From: Myxococcota bacterium
GTDB lineage: Bacteria > Myxococcota_C > UBA6777
Length of the DNA: 64,000 bases
Assembly (NCBI GenBank): GCA_023150835.1
Contig: JAKLKB010000017.1
Location: 62,001 to 126,000, forward strand
Direction: 5' to 3'
Shown: positions 56,120 to 64,000 of the stretch, piece by piece
Numbering within the stretch: position 1 is the stretch's first letter
Layout: the number at the start of each line of letters is the position of its first letter
Notes under the pieces: generated by a model
Told to the model about the DNA's origin: nothing
Seen by the model: the letters and a program-made list of their open reading frames with translations, nothing else
Databases searched by the model: none
Program-made: the position numbers and the translations under genes

Positions 56120-57184
56120 TTATCTGTCTTCGCGGTGTGGTGTATTCGGAGAGAGGCGGCAGAGGGCGATCTTGAGGGGGGGTTGGCCGTCGAAGGAGGG
56201 GAAGTCGGTTTCGGGAGGGAGGATATCGATGCTTTCGAGCGGGACATCGGCTTTTTGGGCGCAGCGTTCGAGAGAGGCCTGCCAGTCGGAGAGGGCGACT
56301 TCGGCGACGTTGTTGGTGGCGATCAAGATCCCGCCTGCTTTGGTGGCGAGCAGAGCGGGCTTAAAGAGACTTTGGTAATCGCGAACTAGATCGACGGCCC
56401 CAAACGGACCACGCGCAAAGCGCGGTGGATCGAGAAAGACGACATCAAACGTTCGAGAAGAAAAACGCTGATAAGGCCGCCTGCCCGCTTTGCCTTTGAT
56501 CGGTAAGTTCGCCAGTTGGCGCATTACAGGGATCGCATCTTCTTGGATGAAGCGTAGGCGCAAAGAGGGGCTTTCCACAAGGCCGTTGATTTCGGCATTT
56601 TCGTGTCCGATGGCCAGATTGGAGGCTGCAAAGTCCACATTCCAAACTTCGCGGGCGCCGGCCTTGGCGGCACAGATGCCCATCGTGCAAGTGTACGCAA
56701 ACAGATTGAGGACAGATGCGCCTTTTGCGATCGTGCGCATATAACGGCGACCTGCGCGCATATCCAAGAAAAACAGCGGATCGATCCCGCGATGTCGTCC
56801 TTGTATCCGATATCGCAGTCCCATCTCTTGGCAGGTCATCGGCGCGAGAGCTTCGGGGGAGGGTTGGTGCCATGCGTCGAAGGTTTGTTGAGGGCCTTTG
56901 GAGCGATGGTTGTAGACGAAGTGTTTGATATCGCACAGGCGCGTGATCCAGATATCGGCCAAGGCATCGCGTTGTGGGGAGTCGAGGGGTGAACCAAAGG
57001 TTTGGAGCAAGAGCAAGGGTCCGTATCGATCGACGGTTAGGCCGGGGATGCCTTCGGTTGCGCCGTGGAACAGTCTGTAAGCGTCGGTCGATTCGGCGTG
57101 AAGCTGATCGATCAGAGCTTGTCTGTGCGACCACGCTTGTTCCATGTGGTCTTTGGCCATCAAGATATCCAAGAGAGGCTCCAT
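56120..57184 (-). CDS. RlmI/RlmK-like SAM-dependent methyltransferase
   Basis: YRLFHG..EGIPGLTVDRYG, FFLDMR, VLNLFAYTC, VFLDPPRF. Confidence 0.9.
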   Translation of the reverse strand: MEPLLDILMAKDHMEQAWSHRQALIDQLHAESTDAYRLFHGATEGIPGLTVDRYGPLLLLQTFGSPLDSPQRDALADIWITRLCDIKHFVYNHRSKGPQQTFDAWHQPSPEALAPMTCQEMGLRYRIQGRHRGIDPLFFLDMRAGRRYMRTIAKGASVLNLFAYTCTMGICAAKAGAREVWNVDFAASNLAIGHENAEINGLVESPSLRLRFIQEDAIPVMRQLANLPIKGKAGRRPYQRFSSRTFDVVFLDPPRFARGPFGAVDLVRDYQSLFKPALLATKAGGILIATNNVAEVALSDWQASLERCAQKADVPLESIDILPPETDFPSFDGQPPLKIALCRLSPNTPHREDR

Positions 57185-57304
57185 TGCGTTGTGGTTTGGG
57201 TGCGGTTGTGGAGCGGCGAAGGGCGGAAGGAGCAAAGGATATCGTCGAGTCCTTCGCCCTCTTCACCCACATGACGACAAAGAAGGTGGCGGAGGGCGGA
57301 AGGA

Positions 57305-59825
57305 TCAGAGGATACCGTCGAGGTCGGCGGGTTGGGGTTGTTGATCGAGCCAGCGTTGGGCTTTGGCTTCAGCGCGGCTCCATAGGCTTTTGTGGGCGTG
57401 GGCTTCTTTGCGCAACAGCGCAAGAGCCGCGAGTGTGTAGATCTGCATCGGATGGGCTTGTTGTTGGGCGCGGGTATGGACGGCTTGCCAACGAGCGCCA
57501 AGCCATGCTCGCAGCGTAGGACTTTCAGGAAAGCTGCCATCGGCGCGTTGCGTCAACAAAAGTTCCATGATGCGTTCTTCGATGCCTACGGGGGCGGGCG
57601 GTTCGGCTTCTTCGCGAGCGTGCTCGGTGCTTGGTGTGGCGAGGTCGTCTGCGTCCTCGTCGCCCGAACCTCCTTTGTTGGAGCTTGCGGCAGGTGCGAA
57701 AGAAGCTTTTGCGTCGCGAGGCGGAGCAATGCTCTTCTTTGCTTTTTTGGGAGCCGAACGAGCGGGTTGTAGCACAGATCGTTCTTTGGCCATCTCACCA
57801 TCGGGCAGATCATAAAACAACCCGCTGTGAGAAGTGACGGGTTCTTGATCGGCGAGCATTCCACCGAATCCCCCGCGCCCGCTTTGCAAACCGCCGAGGG
57901 CGCCATGTGCCGCAGGCCCTGCGGGTGCAGCGCCGCCACCACCCGGGGCTGGTGCAGGGGGGGGCGCTCCAAAGGAGGCCATCTGCGGAGACATCGAAAG
58001 ACTCGCCGACATCGAAAACATCATCGCATTGAGCGGAGCAGCGGCAGCAACGGCTTGGGGAGCAAGCAATGGATGGCCGCCCCATCCTGTGGTGAGAGCG
58101 ATGGGGATGCGACGCAACGCAACGGGTTCATCGGAGCGTTCGTCGGTGGGGCGTTCTTCGACAGCGATATAACTGGCGACGCTCGACATCAGGCCAAAGT
58201 CTTTGCTGAGTTGTAAGAGCTTCTCGCGTTTTTTGGTTTCTGTGTCTGTTCGACGTTGTTGGCTGCCGCTGTCATCGCTTTCTTCGAGATCGCGGATGGC
58301 GTGGCGTGCCCACAAGATCGGGATCGGGCTGTTGCGTTCGGCTTTTTCAAAATCGAGTGGAAGGCTCCATTGTTGTTGATCGGCTTGGAGCGTGACCGCG
58401 CTGTCGTGGCCGTCTTGGATACGCGCAAACAGAGTCATCCCTTCGCCAGCAAACAGCGGTGGAAGTTGTTTGGGGGCGATGTCGGCTTTGGTCTTGCCCC
58501 AACGCAGATCGATCTTGTCGAATATCGGGGTGTTGAGGCGGCCAAATGTGCGCAGCACTTTGGGTTCGATGCGCTCGCCTGATGCGATGAACTCCGCGGA
58601 ACCTCCCGATGCACGGGCGATCCCACGCACAAGCTTTTGGCTGACGCCTTCGCCGATACCAAAAGCAAACACTCGTGCGGGCCGTCCTTTGCGACACAAA
58701 CGGATCGTTTCGTCTTCGTTGGAGACCTGTCCATCGGTGAGGACGATGATCTGGCGTGGGCGGGTGGAGTGTGATGGCAGATTGTAGATGCTCTGGAGTG
58801 GTTCGAGGATCTCGGTCCCACCGAGATCTGCGTCAATGCGTGCGATGTACGCGCTGGCTTCGTCAAGATGGGCTTGGTTGAAGGGGACAGGTTCAGGCCA
58901 AAGCCGCTCGAAGCTCGAAAAGAGCGAGGGCGCGGCGGGCTTCTTCGATACTCGATCCGCTCATCGAACCCGAACAATCGAGAACAAAAAAGACTTCGCT
59001 TGGGAGGATCGGTGCGCCTTCGGGATCGGGGCGAAAGTGCAACATCGCAAAGCGCTGTCCGTCGGCAGTGCAAGCGACTTGTGCAAAAGGCTGGTGTGGC
59101 TTGCGAGGCTCGATCAGCAACACAAAGTCCCGATCCATCGCGATCTCACGTTGGCTGAGTGACACGACCGCGTGATCGTCTTCGAGGGTGATGCGTACAG
59201 GGTGGGAGGGCGATTCGACGTGGCGTAGTCCTCCATTCAAGCGCAGCATCAGTTCGAGGCTGAGTCCGTAAGGTACGCGCAGTTGGCGCGGAGTATCGAG
59301 GGCTGCGATGGTTTCGGGAGATTCGGCGGCTTGATGCGCGGGGATGTAGCGCGGGGAAACGGTGGTCGGGAGCATCAAGCGGATCGCAGAGCCTTCGTAG
59401 GCGAGTTCTGCAACATAAGAGATCTCGATCTCGACGGTCTCTTCGGGGGGGATGCGTCCGACCGAGATCGTAAAGATATCGGCGCGCACTTGCTCCATCA
59501 AAAAGGCGCTGTTTCCTTCGCGGATGGCCTCGTCATAACGTTCGAAGGCTCGTTCTTTTTCGTCGATCTCTCCTCGAAGCACGCGATCTTTGAGGCGTGC
59601 TACAAAGCCGCACACAGCGGCTTGTTCTTCGAGAGGAAACAAATAGACAGCTTCGATCTCGATCGTCTCGGTGTTTCGGTAGCGTTGTTTGACGGTGATC
59701 TGGCTCGATAGGCCGCTGATCTGGCCTTCGATACGGACTCCTTCGAGCGCAACAGGTTTTCCATCACAAAAAAGGCCGCTGTTGCGGTCTTTCAGGGCGA
59801 TCTCTTCGATGGCTTGGTTCGGCAT
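57305..59825 (-). pseudogene. VIT + vWA domain protein (inter-alpha-trypsin inhibitor / VWA5A-like), frameshifted near 58919 with a short internal deletion
   Basis: VIT domain (IEAVYLFPL..AAVCGF), MIDAS DCSGSM; ORF stops at 58893 but another frame resumes SSFERLWPEPVPF..ADLGGTEILEPL..LTDGQVSN..FAFGIG to 57305. Confidence 0.85.
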
Positions 59826-59982
59826 GGTGGCCTCGTGATTTGGGGTGATGAGAGAGGGCGTTCAAGCATAGTAGTCTCCGAAAGCAGCCTGTCAAGGGGG
59901 CTTTCGGAGGCACGAGGCCAAACGGCGTTCGTCAAACAAGGGGTGGATGGGTCGGAGATCTGGGGAGCGAAAAGCAGGGAGG

Positions 59983-61134
59983 TTAGGGGAAGGCGGGGCA
60001 ATGTTTGGTTTGAGGATCGGGGGCTGTGCAGAAGCGACCGCAGATGCCGGGTGGAGGAGGCGCTCCACCGGAACAGCAAAGCTGTCCTTGGGGGCATCCA
60101 GAGACATTACAGCAGCAGCTACCGAGCGTTCCGTCTTGGTTGCGGCAGGGGTCGCCTGTTTTGCAGAGGACATCGGTGCAGGAGAGGCAAAGGCTCATGC
60201 GACGGAGAGAGGCGCATTTGTTGTTGGAGTCGCAGACTTGGCTGTATTTGACGCAATCGCAGTCATGTTTGCAATCGGCGGGGCAAGTCGAGAGGCTTTG
60301 GTCATGTTGGAAGCAAGGTTCGCCGCTGACGCAGGTGGCATCGCCACAAGACTTGCATTGGGAGAGGCGACGTAGAGCGCGGCATCCGTTGGTTCCGTCG
60401 CACAATAGGCCAAATTTGAGGCAATCGCAGTCGTGTTTACAGGCCGTTCCGACACCTGTTCCCGGGCATTTGGCGAGGGTGCCTTTGGCGGTATAACACG
60501 AAGCTCCTGCGGGGCAAGGCGTATTTTCGCAAGAAGGGCAGAGGTTGGCGCGTTTGAGTGGCGCACAGGCTTTTTCGTGGCAGACCAGCCCCAAGGCGAA
60601 GCAATCGCAATCGTCCTGACAAGCGACTGCAGGGCAAGTCCCGATGTTTCCGGTCTTGTCGACACAAGGTTGTCCAACCAAGCAGCGTTGGGGATCTTCG
60701 CAAGGGGGGCATTGGTTGACGCGATCGACATCGGCGCATTGGTTGTTGACGCAGGCTTGGCCGGCCTTGTAGCAATCGCAGTCGTTTTTGCAAGACAGGG
60801 GGCCTTGTTCTTTCGGTGTATCGGGGGTTTCGTCAGGGAGGGGCTTGTCAGGAGCGTTTTCGACGATGCTTCCGTCTGTGGTGGTCTCGGTGGTGGTTTC
60901 GGTGGTGGCTTCGGTCGATGATTCGGTGGAGGTCTCGGTGGTGGCTTCGGTCGATGATTCGGTGGAGGTCTCGACCGTACCGTTTTCTTTGTTGCTTTGG
61001 GTTTCGGAGATTTTTTCTTGGTTTGGATCGACGCCGGGTGGCGTGCAATCAAGAACAGCGAAGGCGGCGACAGCCAACCATGCAAGGAAAAAGAAGGTTC
61101 GTTTCGGGGCGGTGTGAAAAAGGCTTGAGGCCAT
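59983..61134 (-). CDS. Cys-rich lipoprotein with four tandem ~56 aa CxxDCDC repeats
   Basis: Lipobox VLDC; TESSTEATTE linker; four repeats of ten Cys each. Confidence 0.85.
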   Translation of the reverse strand: MASSLFHTAPKRTFFFLAWLAVAAFAVLDCTPPGVDPNQEKISETQSNKENGTVETSTESSTEATTETSTESSTEATTETTTETTTDGSIVENAPDKPLPDETPDTPKEQGPLSCKNDCDCYKAGQACVNNQCADVDRVNQCPPCEDPQRCLVGQPCVDKTGNIGTCPAVACQDDCDCFALGLVCHEKACAPLKRANLCPSCENTPCPAGASCYTAKGTLAKCPGTGVGTACKHDCDCLKFGLLCDGTNGCRALRRLSQCKSCGDATCVSGEPCFQHDQSLSTCPADCKHDCDCVKYSQVCDSNNKCASLRRMSLCLSCTDVLCKTGDPCRNQDGTLGSCCCNVSGCPQGQLCCSGGAPPPPGICGRFCTAPDPQTKHCPAFP

Positions 61135-61249
61135 CGACAAAGTCTCCCATTATGCGCTGTTTCGTTCGGGCGCGGTGTTTGTTAGGGGGGATGCGTCCAA
61201 CGTGAGGGCTTGTGTTGTCGGCGATAGACCTATGCGGTTGGGTTTTGGT

Positions 61250-61367
61250 CTCTGGATCGTGTTGGGTGGTGGACTTAGCGGGAGGTGGGGAAGGTGCGAC
61301 CTTCCATCCTCGGAGTGTGCGACTCTGGATCGTGTTGGGTGGTGGACTTAGCGGGAGGTGGGGGAAG
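61250..61367. repeat. ~41 bp direct repeat (2 copies, 73 bp period) overlapping a stop codon
   Basis: CTCTGGATCGTGTTGGGTGGTGGACTTAGCGGGAGGTGGGG at 61250 and 61323. Confidence 0.9.
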
Positions 61368-61911
61368 AGAGGTCGGTGAGGCAGTGGGCGAGGAAGCGCA
61401 CAAGTTCTCTGACTTGGAAGGGTTTTGCAAAGAAGTCTGCGTTGAGCGAGGCGAGTTTCCGTTGTTCTTGCGGATCGAGCGGGTGGCCGCTGATCAAGAC
61501 CACAGGCAAGCAAGGGATCTCTTCGCGCAAACGCCGAAGGAAAAAGAGTCCGTCTTGTTGTCCGATATGACGATCCAAGATCAACGCATCGGCAGTGTCG
61601 GCGATCAAAGCCATGTCGTGTTCGTCGTCTTGAAAGCAGTCACGGCAAGTGACGGTGAATCCTTTGCGTTCGAGGGCTTGGGCTAAGAGGTTTCGGATGG
61701 CTTCGTCGTCGTCGTAGACAACGATGTGCCCTTGCGTGCGAGTCTGCGATCGCTCCGATGTGTGGGCTGTATAGGGCGGTGTGGTTGGAGGTTCTATGAT
61801 CGTTACGTTGTGGCGGAGATGGAGTCCTTGTTTGCGTGTTCCCGCGAGTTGTAGTGCGTTTTCTAGGCCATAAGGGTACGAAAGATCACGATAAAATGCT
61901 TGCATGGCCAC
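61348..61911 (-). CDS. Receiver-domain response regulator with N-terminal extension
   Basis: IVVYDDDE, LILDRHIGQQDG, VLISG, AKPF; start uncertain. Confidence 0.8.
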   Translation of the reverse strand: MAMQAFYRDLSYPYGLENALQLAGTRKQGLHLRHNVTIIEPPTTPPYTAHTSERSQTRTQGHIVVYDDDEAIRNLLAQALERKGFTVTCRDCFQDDEHDMALIADTADALILDRHIGQQDGLFFLRRLREEIPCLPVVLISGHPLDPQEQRKLASLNADFFAKPFQVRELVRFLAHCLTDLSSPTSR

Positions 61912-62095
61912 GAATCCTTTCTATGCGGCATTCTTGCCGACGCCCGATTGGACGCCAGTTGCCGTCTTTTATTTAAGAAGCATAAAGCATTCCTCCGTCG
62001 CGGGTCGGAACAAAAAATCTCGATAGTTCGTCGTTTTGTGCGTTATCGTATGCTGTTTGAGCCAAGGGTGACGCGACGAAACAAGGGAGTTTCTG

Positions 62096-62776
62096 TCAGA
62101 GCGGGGTGGTCGCACGCAAACGGATGGAGAGGTCGTGGGCTTTTCGCAGAGGTTCGGGTTGTCGGTAGCGCGTGCAGCAGCGCAAGACAAAGGTGTAAGC
62201 GCTTTGCATATCGAAGCGATGGGCGGGAGAGACGTAGACAGGTTTGGTGTGGGGTTGTGTGCAGAGGCTCAAGCCGATGATCTGGCCTTGATCGGTGATC
62301 GGAGCCTGATCACCGCGTTGATCACCGACAGGCGCATGATCACCGAAGAACGGGGTTTTGCTGACGCCAACGGTAGGGATATCAAGGCTCCATCCGAGAT
62401 GGCTCGCAAGCCCGAAGCGTCGGGGGTGAGCGATGCCATGTCCATCGATCAACAAAGCTTCGGGTGTGCGCTTGAATTGGGCGAAGGCGCGCAACAACAA
62501 CGGCGCTTCGCGCAGCGAAAAGAGGCCGCTTGTGTACGGGTATTCGGGTTCCCCGATCCAAGAGGCTTCTTCGAGGACCGTGTGGGACTGCATATCGTAG
62601 AGGATAACGGCTGCATAGGCGATGTTTTGGTGTTTGTGGTAGGCAACGTCGGCAGCCCCGATCAGACGGGCTTGATCGGGGCCTTGGGTGATCTCGATCT
62701 GGTGTGCGAGTTGTGTTTGAAGTGCTTCGGCTAGGGCGGGATTATGGGGGAATTCTTGTTGTCGTTTGATATCCAT
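62096..62776 (-). CDS. nfi: Endonuclease V
   Basis: GAADVAY, PYTSGLFSLRE, IDGHGIAHPRRFGLASHLG, PVYVSPAH, YRQPEPLR. Confidence 0.95.
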   Translation of the reverse strand: MDIKRQQEFPHNPALAEALQTQLAHQIEITQGPDQARLIGAADVAYHKHQNIAYAAVILYDMQSHTVLEEASWIGEPEYPYTSGLFSLREAPLLLRAFAQFKRTPEALLIDGHGIAHPRRFGLASHLGWSLDIPTVGVSKTPFFGDHAPVGDQRGDQAPITDQGQIIGLSLCTQPHTKPVYVSPAHRFDMQSAYTFVLRCCTRYRQPEPLRKAHDLSIRLRATTPL

Positions 62777-62926
62777 TTGGCATCTCGTGTGTGGGTCGGT
62801 ACAATGAAGGCGTTTTCCTGTGGCCTTGGGCGGATCGCAACGAGGGAGCGAGGGATTCGTCTTGGCTTTGGAGGGCGATCGCTGTTATAAGGGCGAGGCG
62901 AGATAGACGCAAACAGGAGGTAGGCT

Positions 62927-64000
62927 GTGCGAAAAAAGGCGAAGAGACAGCGCGGGTGGCTTGGTGATGTACGCAAAGGGGGCGCGCTGCTGGTGTGCTT
63001 GTTGTTGGGTGGGGGGATGGTGGGGCCTTGGGCGTGTAGCGCACCGTTTGATGGGGTGGCGATGCGCGAAGTGGCGATGGGTGTAGCGGTTGCGGGCTTT
63101 CAGGTGGATATGGGATGTCCGACGGAGTCCGCAGAAAGCTGTGAAGATCGCAATTCGGACTGGTACCAGTGGGTGACGACACCTGAGATCATCGAAAACA
63201 AGGGGCTGTTTTCGAGCGGAGATCCGATCTCGTACAGCCCGGGGATGTGGGAGCTTTATGAAAAAGATTTTCAGATGGCGAAAGAGGGTCTTGGGATCAA
63301 GAGTTTTCGGATGAGTATCGAGTGGAGTCGGATCTTTCCGAAAACGACGGAAGGAACGACAGGATACGAAGCGCTCAAGAAGATCGCCGATGCCAAGGCC
63401 ATCGATCGCTATCGCAAGATGTTTCAAGCGCTCCGAAAGAACGGCATCGAACCGTTGGTGACGATCCATCATTATACGATGCCGCTGTGGATCCACGACG
63501 GTGTCAGTTGTCACAAAGATATCAAGGGATGCAAAAACAGAGGATGGGCGGAGCCGTCGCGGTTGATCCCCGAGATGGCGAAGTTTGCGGGCTTTGTGGC
63601 CGAAGAGTTTGCAGGAGAGGTCGATCGTTGGGTCACGCTCAACGAGCCGCTGGCGATCGTCTTGCCGGGGTATATGCAGCCGACGCAGACGCGCACCAAT
63701 CCGCCCGGACTGTCCTTTCAATTCGATATCGCCAAACAGGTGATCAAGGGGATGATCCAAGCGCACGCCCAGATCTACGACGCGATCAAAGACAAAGACA
63801 AAAAAGATGCCGATGGAGACGGCAAAAACTCGGTGATCGGCATCGCTTACAACGTCACGCCTTTTTTGCCCAAAGATCCCAACAACAAAGTCGACGTCGA
63901 CGGAGCCAAAAACGCCAACTATCTCGTCAACAAGGTCTTTCTCAACGCGATCTGCCAAGGCAAGTTCGACGAGGCGTTGGATGGAACGCAGGTCGATCGG
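62927..64000 (+). CDS. Glycoside hydrolase family 1 lipoprotein (runs off the window end; absent from the ORF track)
   Basis: AGGAGG RBS, GTG 62927, lipobox PWAC, GVAVAGFQVDMG, FRMSIEWSRIFP, HHYTMPLW, acid/base WVTLNEP. Confidence 0.92.
   Translation, partial: MRKKAKRQRGWLGDVRKGGALLVCLLLGGGMVGPWACSAPFDGVAMREVAMGVAVAGFQVDMGCPTESAESCEDRNSDWYQWVTTPEIIENKGLFSSGDPISYSPGMWELYEKDFQMAKEGLGIKSFRMSIEWSRIFPKTTEGTTGYEALKKIADAKAIDRYRKMFQALRKNGIEPLVTIHHYTMPLWIHDGVSCHKDIKGCKNRGWAEPSRLIPEMAKFAGFVAEEFAGEVDRWVTLNEPLAIVLPGYMQPTQTRTNPPGLSFQFDIAKQVIKGMIQAHAQIYDAIKDKDKKDADGDGKNSVIGIAYNVTPFLPKDPNNKVDVDGAKNANYLVNKVFLNAICQGKFDEALDGTQVDR

Noticed and set aside
57305-59825. vWA protein as the Ro60/TROVE partner of the Y-like RNAs
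   Set aside because: The N-terminus is a VIT domain, not a TROVE helical ring, and it lies 22 kb away.
61250-61367. Mini CRISPR array (repeat-32 nt-repeat)
   Set aside because: Only two copies, non-palindromic, the second overlaps a gene's stop codon, and no cas genes; better explained as a local duplication. The same applies to 41183-41274 and 21561-21620.

Overview
A 64 kb bacterial chromosomal window with no intact mobile element or CRISPR array. Gene style (Cys-rich MopE-type lipoproteins, Ser/Thr kinase, HEAT proteins, PilT paralogue) suggests a Myxococcota/deltaproteobacterial genome; this is inference. Housekeeping content: lysS-lolC/E-lolD-bamA-skp-S2P-scpA-scpB-rluB, three initiator tRNAs, pyrD, nfi and an acyl-CoA ligase. 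There is also a cobalamin-riboswitch-controlled uptake cluster and many copies of MITE/REP-like repeats. The most unusual feature is the ~1 kb ORF-poor gap at 34.55-35.47 kb. It holds two paralogous circularly permuted tRNA-like RNAs: T-arm and 3' acceptor strand first, then 5' acceptor strand, D-arm and an intact anticodon arm, all enclosed in a shared closing helix. One is Tyr(GTA)-like. The other combines Ala acceptor identity (G3.U70, A73, encoded CCA) with a Pro(TGG) anticodon loop. They resemble YrlA-type Y RNAs or two-piece tRNAs, but no Ro60 or rtcB gene lies in the window. Other notable points: a repeat element translated in-frame inside the TonB receptor, a HEAT/SF1 helicase/Thermotoga-type tRNase Z/asparaginase-ankyrin operon, and three genes broken by frameshifts (two with an apparent ~50 bp deletion) that may be assembly artefacts.
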